DNA from: Glaucostegus cemiculus
Lineage: Eukaryota
Length of the DNA: 64,000 nucleotides
Reading direction: 5' to 3'
Assembly: GCA_976551045.1 (NCBI GenBank)
Contig: CDPCPM010000074.1
Span: forward strand, 13,392,001 to 13,456,000
Shown: positions 32,285-45,230 of the stretch, piece by piece
How the letters are laid out: every line of letters begins with the position of its first letter
Position numbering within the stretch: the stretch's first letter is position 1
The notes under the pieces: generated by a model
The model's database searches: none
What the model was told of the DNA's origin: nothing
What the model saw: the letters and a program-made list of their open reading frames with translations, nothing else
Position numbers and translations under genes: made by a program

Positions 32285-32470
32285 CTGTGAAATATAATTA
32301 AAAAATACAATATTTAAATTCAATTTTTACTTCAGTCCATTGAACTATATATGATCATATGTGAAATATTATTATTTGAAGCAACATCTTATAATGCTAA
32401 AGTAAAAAGCACCAATACAGAGCCCAGGTATATATACATTACACAGGTAGAATGAGTGTGAGAGAACCTT

Positions 32471-32476
32471 CTCTCT

Positions 32477-32508
<32 letters not shown>

Positions 32509-32509
32509 C
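32471..32509. repeat. (CT)n(CA)n microsatellite
   Basis: ctctctcacacaca...aacacacacacac. Confidence 0.9.
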
Positions 32510-33609
32510 TTGCTGCTGGTTACAATAACTTGCAAGAACAAATAGCAATGTGGTTCTGAAAATCAGTGGAAGCATTAACAGCCATACTTTTAGTAGCCAC
32601 ACAAATAGAGCAATGCAGCAGTATCTGAAAGACAGCCAAAGTCCATCCAGTTTGGGTCCAGTATCCTGCTCAAACTGCCTAATCAGCAATTCCACTCTCT
32701 GCTGTACATATCAATCCCTGTCCAGCAGTGTGATATCATTCACCATCCCTCAAGTAGGCAGTTTTGAGTTTGACGGTACCATCCTTACATTTAGATAATA
32801 TTGACACAACCATTGCCCTTTATTGAAAGGATTAGGATTGTTGATTGGATAGCAAATAGTGACCAGCTACAGAATAACTGAATGGAATTCCTCAATACCT
32901 ACAAATCACAACTTTGTCTCTGAGGATACTATAAACACAAAGTCTCTCAGAAACATTTTAAAGTTACTTCACACACAATGTTTTAGTCTCTGTGAGTTTC
33001 TGGCAAGTCAAAGAATAAACTTTCATTTGCATTTAGTCAAGATGTACAAAGAGAAATTAGGCACTTGAGGCACTGATTATTTTTTGCAACTCTGCTTAAG
33101 GAAAGAAAGCCACATGGAGAACTCCTTGTTCCTTTTCAAATTATGCCATTTGATCTTTATAGCTTCCACCTATGTTGCTGCATAGGCAGAACCTTCTCTT
33201 GTGTAATGCTCATCAAAACACGTGGGGTTGAATTTTTCAGACTTAACCAACAAAAAAGAAATTGCATCTCAAATCATCCATTGCAATGACTGAATTTGAT
33301 TTAGTTGTGATTTATAGAAACCAAAAATTTCCAATTTTGCCAAACAGTAATAAGGACTGAAAAAATCTCAAAACAGAACAAAAATTAAAATCTGCAACAT
33401 TCTATCCCCATTTGCCTGTCAAATTAAACACTTGCACAGATTGCTTAACCTATGGGAAAATGAGATCAGGAAATTATAAAGTGCAACCAAAATTTAAAAC
33501 CTCAGATTTCATGAAGAAATAAAGTTACAATTCACACTAAAATGATTTTGCCAGCTGATAATTCTCGTCCATCGATACTTACTGGTTTACCTATGTATAA
33601 TAATTACAT

Positions 33610-33780
33610 AAAATGCTGGAAACAATCAGCAGGACAGGCTGCATCTATGGAAAGAGAAACAGAGATAACATTCAAAGCTTTGCACCTGGACGTTAACTTT
33701 GTTTCTCTTTTCTCAGTTGCTGCCTGATCTGCCAGCATTTTTTGCTTTTATTTCAGATTTCCAGCATCTGCATTTTTTTT
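33610..33780. mobile_element. Inverted pair of Penelope-like termini (hairpin)
   Basis: Arm AATGCTGG..CAGGCTGCATCTATGGAAAGAGAAACAGAGATAAC is complementary to GTTAACTTTGTTTCTCTTTTCTCAGTTGCTGCCTG..CCAGCATT. Confidence 0.7.
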
Positions 33781-34515
33781 TTGATTTTCACTACCTATGT
33801 ATAACTTTATCCAATCAGGAATCATGCATATGCATTGTACAGTATGTCTGAATGCGTAGAGTCATTGAGTAGACAGTTACAACTCCACTTGGAGCTGTTG
33901 AGTCCTCAATATATGTCACACCACAGGGGAGATATTATGTGTGGAACTGAGGCCCTAGAAATTGGATTGTACCATGGAAAATAGATCCACTAATGCTTTA
34001 TACACATTACTGGCAAACCACAATGTACCAACTGTACTCTCCCAAGCAGCTTACTGTTTGAGGTGTGACAGCCAAGGCCTAAAGTGAGTTATGAGGAAGG
34101 TGAAGAGAAGTTTGAAACCAAAGGTGACTTTCAGTTTTAAGTGTGGAACCGTGCTTCCTCATTAAGTACAAAATGATAGTGACGGCCTCAACAATCACTT
34201 GCTTGGCTGCTGTGCAACAGAGAAAACTAATGTTACAAAATGGCCTAAAATAATCAGTAGGCTTCTTATCTCCATAACCTAGATAGGCTCTGGTGTACTG
34301 AGCCCTTGCCACATGTCCCATGTAGAGCCTGTTTTCGGCTTGCTGAGAGATTCTATGGAGCTGAATTGAGAACAATTATGAAAAACAGACACATTACACA
34401 TCTGCTCTTGTGGATATAATTGGTTTACATGCGAAAAATGAAAAATTAAATTAAGCAATATTTATCACTTCAAGCATTCATTAATTATGGCACACAAATT
34501 CCAGGTATCTTTTAC

Positions 34516-34614
34516 CTCAACTTGCTCATCTGTAGTTTTTTTTAAGGCCTCTTCAAATCGTCTTGCTTTATCCTTCAGTGAACGATTCTGAAATGTTAAT
34601 GTGTCAACTTGATC
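34516..34614 (-). CDS. MTUS2: MTUS2 coding exon (99 bp)
   Basis: ttcaag|GAT...GAG|gtaaa; [33 protein letters not shown]. Confidence 0.95.
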
Positions 34615-35597
34615 CTTGAATACAGAAACAAAAACTTGATTTAATAAATTGTGGAAACTATTTTATTTTAAAATGATTATCAGGGAAATAATGATTCCTA
34701 ATTCTGAAGTGTGCCTTTCAGGCTTTGACCATAAACAGCTGGAATTGCAATCAATGACGATCCAGATGTCTTTCCTCCTCTAAGCTGCATCATGAGGAAA
34801 AATGAAACACTGGCAAAAGTGAGTTTATTATTACCTTCCTCTTGACACCAGCAAATTTCTTATATTAAGTTATACCACAAAGATGGGCCTAAAAGAGAAA
34901 GATTTGCTGGCTTCAAGAGGAAGGTGAAGTTTTGCACAAATTTATTTGCACATATCAATTTAGTTGGACAACTCTTTCCATTCAGGCTGCACCTAAATCT
35001 TTCACTTGGGCTGGTCTACCTCATACAAACCTTTGCAACAGTGAACCCCAAACCTTCAACATTAAAGGCCTAGCACTGTCCACTTTTTATTCCTATTTTT
35101 AAGAATTCTTTCTCCAACTTCCTATAAGGACAATAAGTTAAGAGTTATTTAGCACATCTAATAATAATGAAACAGGTCCAATCCCTTCAGAGGAATGTTA
35201 TCACAGAGGGTGGTAACTCCCTGGGATTCTCGACCCTGGAGGCTTCTGGAGGTATTTAGAGAGGAGGTGGATACATTTTTTGAAGCATATGGGGAACTGA
35301 CACGGAGAAGGAGTCACGACCTGGCCATAATCACATTGAATACTGGGCAGGCTTGAGGGGTCAGGTGGTCTACTTTTTTTTTCACCTTCTTCTCATCTGT
35401 CCCATGCATCGTACGCTTTTGGAAAAAAAGTATTTAACCTAAAAATGATATTTTTCACAAGATCATGTACAAAATAAAAAAAATTCATCAGCAACTACAT
35501 ATGTGTAAACAAAATAAATGATTTGCATGAGGCTTTTGTCAAATGACTGGTCCTAATTAAATTTTGTCTTAACTCTATGTTCTTAAATAGTACTAAC

Positions 35598-35671
35598 CTG
35601 AAGGGAAAGTCTTAGTTTTTCAAATTCTTCTTCTAAAGTCATCCTTTCAAGTTCATGTATGGATTTTAGTT
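35598..35671 (-). CDS. MTUS2: MTUS2 coding exon (74 bp)
   Basis: ttttcag|AA...CAG|gttag; ELKSIHELERMTLEEEFEKLRLSLQ. Confidence 0.95.
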
Positions 35672-36129
35672 CTGAAAAAAAGAAAATGCTGCATGAAGTT
35701 TCACTGTAAATACCACTGAGACAGTCAAATCCCCTAGAAGCAGGAATGCAAGACAAACTGCACATGGAAACTAGTTTGACAAATTAACATTTACATATCT
35801 TTCAACAGCTGGAAATAGGATTTTTTAAATCTTCTGTATTCTAATTATAACAAACTCAGTTGGTGAATCTTCATAACTTTTGTTTCAGGTCTCTGGATCA
35901 CTTTTTTCTGCCATTTTCTGCTCTTTCCTGAATATGTTAATACCTTTTAAAGGACTAACATCATTGATTCAGAAATAGCTCCCTACTGCTTAAGACTTGG
36001 GAACTATTAAAAATTTGTGATTTGCTGCTCAATTAAGATTACCTCAATGGTCAGTTAGAGCAGGTACTGCAATCGGTAGTGATACCATTTCCTATTAATA
36101 CCAGTGAGTGGCAGTTTGCACGGGAGATC

Positions 36130-36390
36130 AACAAACCATCTGCTGGAGGAACTCAGTGGCTCGAGCAGCAACTGCAGGAGGAAAGGAATCTGTGACATGT
36201 TGGATGGAAGACATGCATCAGGACTGAGTGTGGAGAGGGAAAATAGACGGTAAAAAGAGAGGGGGAAAGGTGAGACAGGGGCCAGTAGGTGATTAGTGCA
36301 ACAAGGATGCGTAAAGAATGATGGGCAGATGGAGATAGGTATGAGAGGGGCAGGGCTGGAGTTGGGAGACAGAGGCAGATGGATAGACAA
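36130..36390 (-). mobile_element. Penelope-like terminal fragment
   Basis: Minus strand ...CAGTCCTGATGC...GTTGCTGCTCGAGCCACTGAGTTCCTCCAGCAG, preceded by a pyrimidine-rich tract. Confidence 0.65.
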
Positions 36391-36677
36391 AGAGTTTCAG
36401 AAACCTACTGAATCACTCAATAAATGTGCAATAAAAATGAACACAAACTATATCAAGGAAGGCACTTAAATAAGATCAGCAAGAAGGGTTGTTATCACAG
36501 TGATACAAACTATATTTGCAGAATATGGATATCAAAGCATTCTTTTCATTAATGCTTCCCTCTGCAATTGCTTACTGTGGATTTCCCATAGAGTTTCCTT
36601 GTACTACCATTCTTTCTATCGGTACATTCAGCAATATATCACAAGGTAGTTTTCTTTATATCAGTCCTGAGTAGTAC

Positions 36678-36783
36678 CTTCAAGTTTTTTTTCATGCTTA
36701 TCTTGAAGAATAGTTATTGCAACAGTGTGATTGTTCTCTAGTTCTGTGATTGCACTGGTATGGTTAGCCATCATGTCTTCCAC
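36678..36783 (-). CDS. MTUS2: MTUS2 coding exon (106 bp)
   Basis: ttatcag|GTG...GAAG|gtact; [35 protein letters not shown]. Confidence 0.95.
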
Positions 36784-38120
36784 CTGATAAAATACAAAGA
36801 AAAACAATTGGTGACTGCCACAAACAATTCCTCCTTTGAGTACAACCTTCTATCTGTAAAACTTTCTAAACTAATTTGTAATACAGATATAACATTGTTA
36901 ATATTGTCATTACCTCACCAAAATTTCCTATAAAATCTGCAAAACATCTGAAATTCCACAAGAATAATTGGAAATTATTCAATATGATAATACAATGATT
37001 ATACCAATCATGAAAAATGTTAGGATAGCATTCCTGTAGTGGTACTACATGACAAAGTCAAACTGGAAGACAGCAAGAAACGTGAGATAATTAAAATAAT
37101 ACTTCAGTGGGTTACGTATTTGCAGCAGAAGCTAACGTTAATTGTTGGATCGAAGACAGTGAGATTATTAATCTGTGCTCTCACTTTCTAAGACATTTTG
37201 TATAGCAGGGAAGTGTTGCTCCCTCAATGAGAACAAGAAAAATAAAGTTATTTCTCAACTAGATTTTCTTATAGCTAAAAGACTTTCAAAACAATATAAC
37301 TTTTTCAGGTTCTAATTAATTTTTCCAAGAGAGTACTCAGATACCATCTTGACTATAATAGAGAAGGTAAAGTAGTACTCGGTAAAACATTGTTCCATGT
37401 TGTTCTCCATCTCTGTTCTTCTCACTGGCACTATGCTTCTGCACTATCTGAAAAGGAATGGCTTTTTATATTATTAATTTTATGTTCTCATGGTAGCAAT
37501 CAATGAAGTTGTTCAATTGGTGTCAAATTACGATCAATACTGTACAGAAACCAAAACTTGGACCCTTTTTCAGGTGACATGAAATAAGCTTACTTGGAAA
37601 ATTTAACAGGTAAATGGAAAATGGACAATGTTCAGACTGGATTATATCCAGGTATCCTCAGTGAAATCATGCTGAAATAATCCATGTTGCCTATTTGTAT
37701 ATTTAAAGACAACTGGTCTAAAAATGCTCAGGCTCCATAATCAGATGCAAGTGCCAGCAGGTCCTCAGGTGTGATCTTGCCAAGGTGGGTGAGGTCAGGG
37801 AAAGATCAACTAATTAGAAGTAAATTGGATGGTGACCATGAGGTAGATTGGAGACTCTGTTGTTCTTGGTGGTGTGGTGGAATGGTGGGAGGAGGAAAGT
37901 TAATCAGAAGCTCAGAGAAAAAAGACTTGAGGCCAGCCCTGACATGGAAATAAAATAAAATGAAAATGATTGAGAAACTTCTTCATCTTCTATGACTTAA
38001 GCTGCAGCTCAGTTCTGCCATACCAAACTCATCCACTCTTGTTTTTAGGAGGCTGAGCAGAAAAATACTCCTGGCCCTGCAGACCTCTCTTGGTATTTTC
38101 ACTTGCTTCACCAGAAAAAG

Positions 38121-38250
38121 ATCAGAATCAGAATCATTATCACTGACATATGTCATGAAATTTGGTGTTTTGTGGCAGCAGAACAGTGCAAATCTAAAAA
38201 TTACAATAAGTTACCAATAAATAAAATGGTGCAAAATAGGAATAAAAGAG
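38121..38250 (-). mobile_element. Rex1/Babar-like 3' tail fragment
   Basis: The (ATCAGA)n tail is the reverse complement of the (TCTGAT)n tail at 46568-46583, next to an ATTATCACTGACATATGTCATGAAA segment. Confidence 0.55.
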
Positions 38251-38396
38251 GAAAAAATAGGTCCCTTGCATATAAACACCAAGTTAAATTGATGACTCTT
38301 CAGCCATATCCTGCCAGATTAATGAGCCAGAATAGTTGTGGATTTTCATTCCAAATAACCTTTAAGTTAATTATTAATTAAGATGTTGATGCAGAC

Positions 38397-38611
38397 CTGT
38401 TCCTTGTGCTGAGATTGGATTTTCTTGAGGTACTCTGTGTGCTCCTCTATGAGGTGCTCTTTCTCTGCAGTGTAATGAGCCTTCAACCTTTCTTCAAGAT
38501 CCCGGATCTCTGCTTGCTGTTGCAGTTGGAGCCTCTGTACCTCGATCTCAAATCTCCTTTCCAGCTCTTCCTTCTCCTTTTGCAGCTTTTCACATCGTGC
38601 TGTATTAAGGG
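38397..38611 (-). CDS. MTUS2: MTUS2 coding exon (215 bp)
   Basis: gtttcag|CC...CAG|gtctg; [44 protein letters not shown]...QHKEQ. Confidence 0.96.
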
Positions 38612-39189
38612 CTGAAACAACCATGATGAAACCACTAAAGATCATCACTACATTGGGATCATATACAATGGCTGGAAAGTGTACTAAGACCATCTTGGGT
38701 ATATTATCAGCCTAAAACATTAAAACAAAACTTGAACACAGCAATCAGCGCAATCATTACAGTGATATTTAGTAAAATGCAATGATGAAAGTAAATGATA
38801 TTATTTCCAAACTTGCCTTGTATTTGGAGCACATATTTGTAGGTACCCAAAAAGAATGAAGTACTGATGGTTGCAGATCTGTTACATTTTTGTGTTCATT
38901 GCAAGTGGCATTTGAGGTGAAGAACTCAGAGCATCACAAAAAAATCATCAGCATAATGGCTATAATGTAGTGTATTTTTTATTGTTTGTACAGGCTACGG
39001 ACATAAATTTGCTTCAATAATAACCATTCAACCAACAGCCATGCATTGCTAGGTCTCAGTGTGAACCGTGACTATGTCAGGTAGTGACATCAACAAAACA
39101 AAGATAACTTCAATAATTTGTTTTAAGTGTGCTAATTAATAATATGTTCATAGTAATTAATAATATGTTCATATGTTTAACACTGACAT

Positions 39190-39645
39190 ATGTGCAGAGG
39201 AGGTTTATGAGGATGTTACTGGGATTTGAAGGACTGAGTTATGGAGAGAGGTTGGGCAGGTTTCATTGGAGCGTAGGAGAATGAGGGGTTATCTTATAGA
39301 GGTGTATAAAATTATGAGGAGCATAGATAGGGTCAATGCACAGAGTCTTTTCCCCAGTGTTGGGGAATCACGAACTAGAGGGCACAGGTTTAAGGTGAGT
39401 CAGGAGAGATTTGATATGAATTTGAGGGGCAATTTTTTCATCCACAGGGTGGTCAGTATACGGAATGAGTTGCCAGGGGAAGTGCTTGAGGTAGGTACAT
39501 TAACAACATTTAAAAGGGACATGGATAGGAAAGGTTTAGAATGATATGGGCCAAACACAGACAAGTGGGACTAGTTCAAATGGGAATCTCGGTTGGCATG
39601 GACCAGTTGGGCCAAAGGGCCTGTTTCTGTGCTGTATGACTCTTA
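39190..39645 (+). mobile_element. CR1 3' fragment
   Basis: ORF 39266-39544 'ERRRMRGYLIEVYKIM..SRTRGH' and tail GGGCCAAAGGGCCTGTTTCTGTGCTGTATGACTC. Confidence 0.9.
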
Positions 39646-40544
39646 TGTTAAAATAGTGGTTGCTGTCTTTTCTTGTTGTTAATTATAGTAGAAGTCTTGG
39701 AACTGCATGGCAAGATAGAATCATTTGCTCTATGACCTTAATCAATATACTAGCTCTTCTGCCCAGCACCATCACCACTGTGAGAAGGGCAGAATCCACT
39801 TTTTAAACCCACAACAGAAAAAGAAAGTTGTGCAATAATGAATGAAAAGAGGTGATGACAGCAGAAAGAGTTACCACAATGCTTGAGATTTTAAAGCATC
39901 ATGACAGTATACCTGTTCTCATACTTATAAAGGCAAGTTAGTTAGTGGTCCTTCAAAAACTGATCTATGTGAACAGTTAGAACTGTTAGCACATTCAGTT
40001 AAGGCCCCACATGATGTATTTTCCCAAGAAAGTGAATGATTTTGCCTTGACTGTTCCTCAAGCACAATGCAACTTCAGTCAAAATTATTTGAATAAATCA
40101 GTGACCTATTTGAGAGACAACACTGTGATCAATGTAGACAAAATATATTATTTAAAACCAAGGAGATGTCAAGGATTTTGTCAATCCACTTAGAATTTTT
40201 AAAATCATGCTTAAATTTAATAATAAGTTCTGAAAACCAATTTTATAACATCTCAACTGTACTGCTGACTAGTTCATTGATAAAAGTAGTACTTTGCAGT
40301 ATTTTGAAAGAATGTGAAAATTAATGGAATTTTGCCTTCTGCCATTGTACACAACTATTAAGCAGTTTAATGAAACACATTAGCTTTAAATGGTCTAGTT
40401 AATTTTAGCTTTTAATCTCAGGCCATATAGCCTAAATTTAACCATGCTTGGTCTCCAGGACATATCTATGCAGTTACCAATGAGACCTTTTTACTCCATG
40501 CTGACCAGAAGCTAGCTTCAATAATCCTAATAATAACCATCCAA

Positions 40545-40645
40545 GCCCGGATAAAGGGTCTCAACCTGAAACGTTGACTGTCCATTTTCTACCACAGATG
40601 CTGCTTGACCGGCTGAGTTCCTCCGGTATCTTGTTCGTTGCTCTT
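40545..40645 (+). mobile_element. Penelope-like terminus with decayed hammerhead motif
   Basis: CGGATAA-AGGGTCTCAACCT-GAAACGTTGAC...CAGATGCTGCTTGACCGGCTGAGTTCCTCC. Confidence 0.7.
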
Positions 40646-40799
40646 GGAATATACACCTATCTGCCCTGTCACCACCTCCTGCACCACCCATGTGGTTCCC
40701 ATAATGTCCTCATTAGCCACCTCAAAACCCACAAAATCCAGACTGGAAGCAAGTTATCCTTGATTCCAAAGAACTGCTTAAGAAGAAAGTTAGAGGGTA

Positions 40800-43700
40800 A
40801 CATTGAAAAAAGCGATCAATGATGAGCAGTACTCATTGTCTACTCCAAAGGTTTTATATGCAAGACTGGCAGGAAAGTTTCCACCGAACTCGATCCATTA
40901 CATGCATATGCATACGAATGTGGATTAGCAGCCAGCAAAATATGACAATCAATACACATAATTCCTACACAAAACTGAAAATGAATGTGAAATTGTCACT
41001 AAGAATCTTTCGAGCAACAATGGATAATATACAACAAGGTATAGATTGTTGTCTGTACAATCAAAGCAATGCATTCTAACATTACAGCTAGTGTTCAGAC
41101 AGCCACGTGAACACAATTTAAAAGTGAAAATAGGCAAATATGCATGTACAGAGGAAGTGGATTATCTTGGGCTAAAAATAAGTGTGTATAGATTACAACC
41201 ATTGAAAGGAGAATGAAAGTAAATGAAGGAAATCTGAAAACATTACTGAATCTAAATGATTCCTAAAAAGATACCATGCTGGATTTTTACCATATATTGC
41301 CAAAGTTCTGACACCATTACATCAGTTACAGAAGAAAGACAAAAAAAGACTGGAATTGTGGCAATCACTGAGTCGTGGCTGCATGATGGATGTGACTGGG
41401 AGCTCAATGTCCAGGGGTACACAGTGTATAGGAAGGATAGGCGGGAAGGTAGAGGGGGTGGTGTGGCCATGATAGTTAGTAATGAGATAAAATCAATAGA
41501 GAGGAAGGACATTAGGTCAGATGAAGTGGAAACTTTATGGGTGGAGCTAAGGAACAGCAAGAGTAAGAGGACAGTTGTAGCTGCTGTATATAGGCCCCCT
41601 AATAGCAATCAGGAGGTAGACCATAAGTTGCGGTTAGAGATAGAAAAGGCATGTCAGAGTGACAATGTTAAGATAATTATGGGTGACTTTAACATGAAGG
41701 TGGACTGGGAAACCCAGCAAGGCAGCAGTTCTCAGGAGAGCGAGTTTGTTGAATGTTTACGGGACGGCTTTTTGGAACAACTTGTTGATGATCCCACCAG
41801 GGGATCGGCTGTTTTGGATTGGGTGTTGTGTAATGAACCAGAGGTGATTAGAGAACTAAGGGTAAAGGAACCATTAGGAACTAGTGACCATAATATGATT
41901 GAGTTCAGAATGAAATTTGAAAAGGAGAAGCTGATGACTGGAGTGTCGACATTTCAGTGGAACAAGGGGAATTACAGAAGGATGAGAGAAGAGTTGGCCC
42001 AGATTGATTGGAAATATAAGCTCGCTGGAGGGACGGCAGAACATAAATGGGTGGAATTTAAGCAAGTAATAAGGAAAATGCAGGATAGACACATTCCAAG
42101 AAAAAAAGGTTTTAAATGGAAAAAGGACACAAATGTGGATAACGAGAGAGGTGAAAGCTAAAATAAGAGCAAAAGGGAGGGCATATAAGGAAGCAAGAAA
42201 AAGCGGGAAAACAGAAGACTGGGAAACTTTTAAGAACCTACAGAAAGAAACTAAGAAGGTCACTAGAAAAGAAAAGAGAAATTATGAAATGAAATTGGCA
42301 GAGAACATTCAAAAGGATACTAAGAGTTTTTTTAAATATATAAGAAGTAAAAGAGAGACGCGGGTTGATATAGGACCGATAGAAAATAATGCGTGAGAGA
42401 TTATTATGGATGATAAAGAGATGGCGGATGTGCTAAATCAGTATTTTGCGTCGGTCTTCACGGTGGAAGATATTAACAATATACCGGTTAGTCAAGGGTC
42501 TCGAGGGACGGAATTAAGTACAGTTAAGATTACTAGAGAGAAAGTGTTGGGGAAGCTAAATGGGTTAAAGACTAATAAGTCTCCAGGACCGGATGAGATA
42601 CATCCCCGTGTACTGAAGGAAGTAGCTTTAGAAATAGTGGAGGCATTAGTGATAATTTTTCAGGAATCGATAGACGCTGGAGAGGTTCCGGAGGACTGGA
42701 GTGTCGCGAATGTAGTTCCATTGTATAAGAAAGGTGGGAGACAGCACAAAGGAAATTACAGACCTATCAGTCTTACGTCTGTGGTGGGGAAGATACTAGA
42801 ATCGATCCTCAAGGACGAGGTGATGGGATACTTGGAGGTGCAAGGCAAGATAGGTCCTAGTCAACATGGGTTCGTGAAGGGAGGATCCTGCCTGACCAAT
42901 TTACTGGAGTTTTTTGAAGAAATCTCAGGCAGGGTGGACAATGGAGAGGCCGTAGATGTAGTGTATTTAGACTTTCAGAAGGCATTCGACAAGGTGCCGC
43001 ACAAAAGACTAATTAGTAAGATGAGAGATCACGGAATAACAGGCAGGATAACAGAATGGGTGGAGCGTTGGCTGGATGGCAGGAAACAGAGGGTGGGAAT
43101 AAAAGGTTCCTGTTCTGGTTGGCTGCCGGTTACTAGTGGTGTTCCACAGGGGTCGGTGTTGGGGCCCCTTCTTTTTACCTTGTATATTAATGATTTAGAC
43201 GAAGGAGTTAATGGGTTTGTGGCCAAGTTTGCAGATGACACTAAGATTGGGGGGGGAGTGGAGAGTATTGAGGAGACAGGAAAGTTACAGAGAGACTTGG
43301 ATATTCTAGGAGAATGGGTGAAGAAATGGCAGATGAGGTTCAATGTGGAAAAATGTGCAGTTGTACACTTCAGAAGTAGAAATGGACGGGCAGACTATTA
43401 TCTAGAAGGAGATAAAATTGGAAGCACAGAAGTACAAAGGAACTTAGGGGTGCTCTACAGGATAACCTAAAGGTTAATCGCCAGGTTGGATCGGCAGTAA
43501 GGAAAGCGAATGTTATGTTGGCATTTATTTCGAGGAGTATAGTATATAAAAGCAAGGAAGTGTTGATGAGGCTATACGGGGCACTGGTGAGGCCTCACTT
43601 GGAGTACTGTGTGCAGTTTTGGGCCCCATACCTTAGGAAGGATGTGCTGATGTTGGAGAGGGTTCAGAGGAGATTTACTAGGATGATTCCTGGGATGAAA

Positions 43701-45230
43701 AAGTTTACATATGATGAGCGACTGTCGCCACTTGGACTGTACTCGTTGGAGTACAGAAGAATGAGAGGGGACCTAATAGAAACGTACAAGATGTTGAAAG
43801 GAATGGACAAAGTGAATGTGGTCAAGCTGTTTCCCTTGGTGGGGGAATCCAGGACTAGAGGACACAAACTTAGAATTAGAGGAAGCAGGTTCAAAACAGA
43901 GATAAGGAGGAATTTCTTTAGCCAGAGGGTGGTGAACCTGTGGAACTCCTTACTACAGAAAGCAGTGGAAGCCAGATCATTGGGGATATTCAAGAAGGAA
44001 ATAGATAGATATCTAATTGGTCAAGGTATCAAGGGATATGGAGATAAGGCAGGGATTTGGACTTAGAATAGGTTTTTTTTTCTCTTATCCTCTTTTTCCC
44101 CACCCTCCCTTCCCTTTGGAGCAGACTCGATAGGCCGACTGGCCTGCTTCTGCTCCATTATCTTGTGATCTTGTGAATTAAGCAAGAATAGAAAACAGTA
44201 TATGACATTTTTAGGAAGAGTCTAGGAGGTGAGTCATTGTTAGTTCACTATGATGCAACGTTATGTTAGAACTTGTGTGTGATGCTCTGACTTACTATAA
44301 TCAGTCATGTAAGAGACGGTGGTCAAGAGAAAACAATTTCACTGATGAAGAGTGAGAAATATAATTTTCTTTTAAATGTATTAAATGCTTGCTTATTTCA
44401 CCATATCATCCAGCATCAAATGGTGCAGTGGAAAGATAAGTGAGAATTAGCAAGGAAGCAAGTATTACAGGGATACTTAAGTTTAACAATGAGACATTGG
44501 TCATCTAAACTCCAGAACAATGCCTCATCCTATTGCATGTTATACACATCTGAGTTACTGATGCACAGAGTACTCAGAACATGATGGAGCTTGGTTCAGC
44601 CAAATCTTGAGGGGAGAGTGGAAGAGAAGCAGATAAAAGAGAAACAAAATTATGGCTGATGCTGTGGAAAGACATAAATCAAACAACATGGCAGAGAGTG
44701 TTTGTTGACACCATCTAGCAAATTTGATACCCAAACATGGCATACTGGAGTCATAGTTAAAATCTTTGGTATAAAGGGATATCTTGTAAAAATAGGAGAT
44801 AAAATTGGAGGTGTATTCATAAGTCACTTATTTCTAGGAAAAAAGACATGAAAGAGAATTTTGAAGTGTTATGTGTTTCCAAGATATTAACCAACTGGTC
44901 CAGTGGAGACTGTGGAAGAAACAACTGAGGATTCTGCTGAATTGAGACAAGTAGTGGGATCCCTCTCCAGTCAAGAATGGTTACAACACCTATGATGCAA
45001 AATTTTTTTGATGAACAACGAGATTTAGATAACCCATGAATAAATTAAATCTGTCAATAATGAGAATATATGAATCATTAATTTCAGAAATGGAAAGCAG
45101 TGTAGTGCGCATAAATGCATTAAAATACACATGAGCAGTGTAATCACAGAGACACATGAGCAGTGTAATCAGACAGCTGAATAAACAAGATACAGGTGTT
45201 CTAGCAGCTCTCCATTCCCTGCACTGCACA
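40800..45230 (+). mobile_element. Heavily decayed Gypsy LTR retrotransposon (RT, RNase H, integrase, possible 3' LTR) interrupted by a CR1
   Basis: Before the CR1: 'IFRATMDNIQQG' (~41005), 'EEVDYLGLKI' (~41150) and 'GFLPYIAKVLTPLHQLQKKD' (41281). After it: 'LLVHYD' and 'LVCDA' (~44238-44286) and 'WQRVFVD' (~44689). A TG...CA segment at 45101-45230 contains AATAAA. Confidence 0.7.
41355..44176 (+). mobile_element. Young CR1 LINE, nearly complete ORF2 (endonuclease and RT) with three lesions
   Basis: Four consecutive ORF pieces: IVAITESWL, GDFN, SDH / WITREVK / NYRPISLTS, GVPQGSVLGP, KFADD / RPHLEYCVQFW. Frameshift at ~42110, TGA at 42394, frameshift at ~43460. Tail (TCTTGTGA)2; possible GAATT TSD. 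Confidence 0.97.

Noticed and set aside
24776-44176. Inverted CR1 pairs driving MTUS2 circRNA
   Set aside because: The opposed copies belong to different, visibly diverged subfamilies, so pairing cannot be supported without computation.
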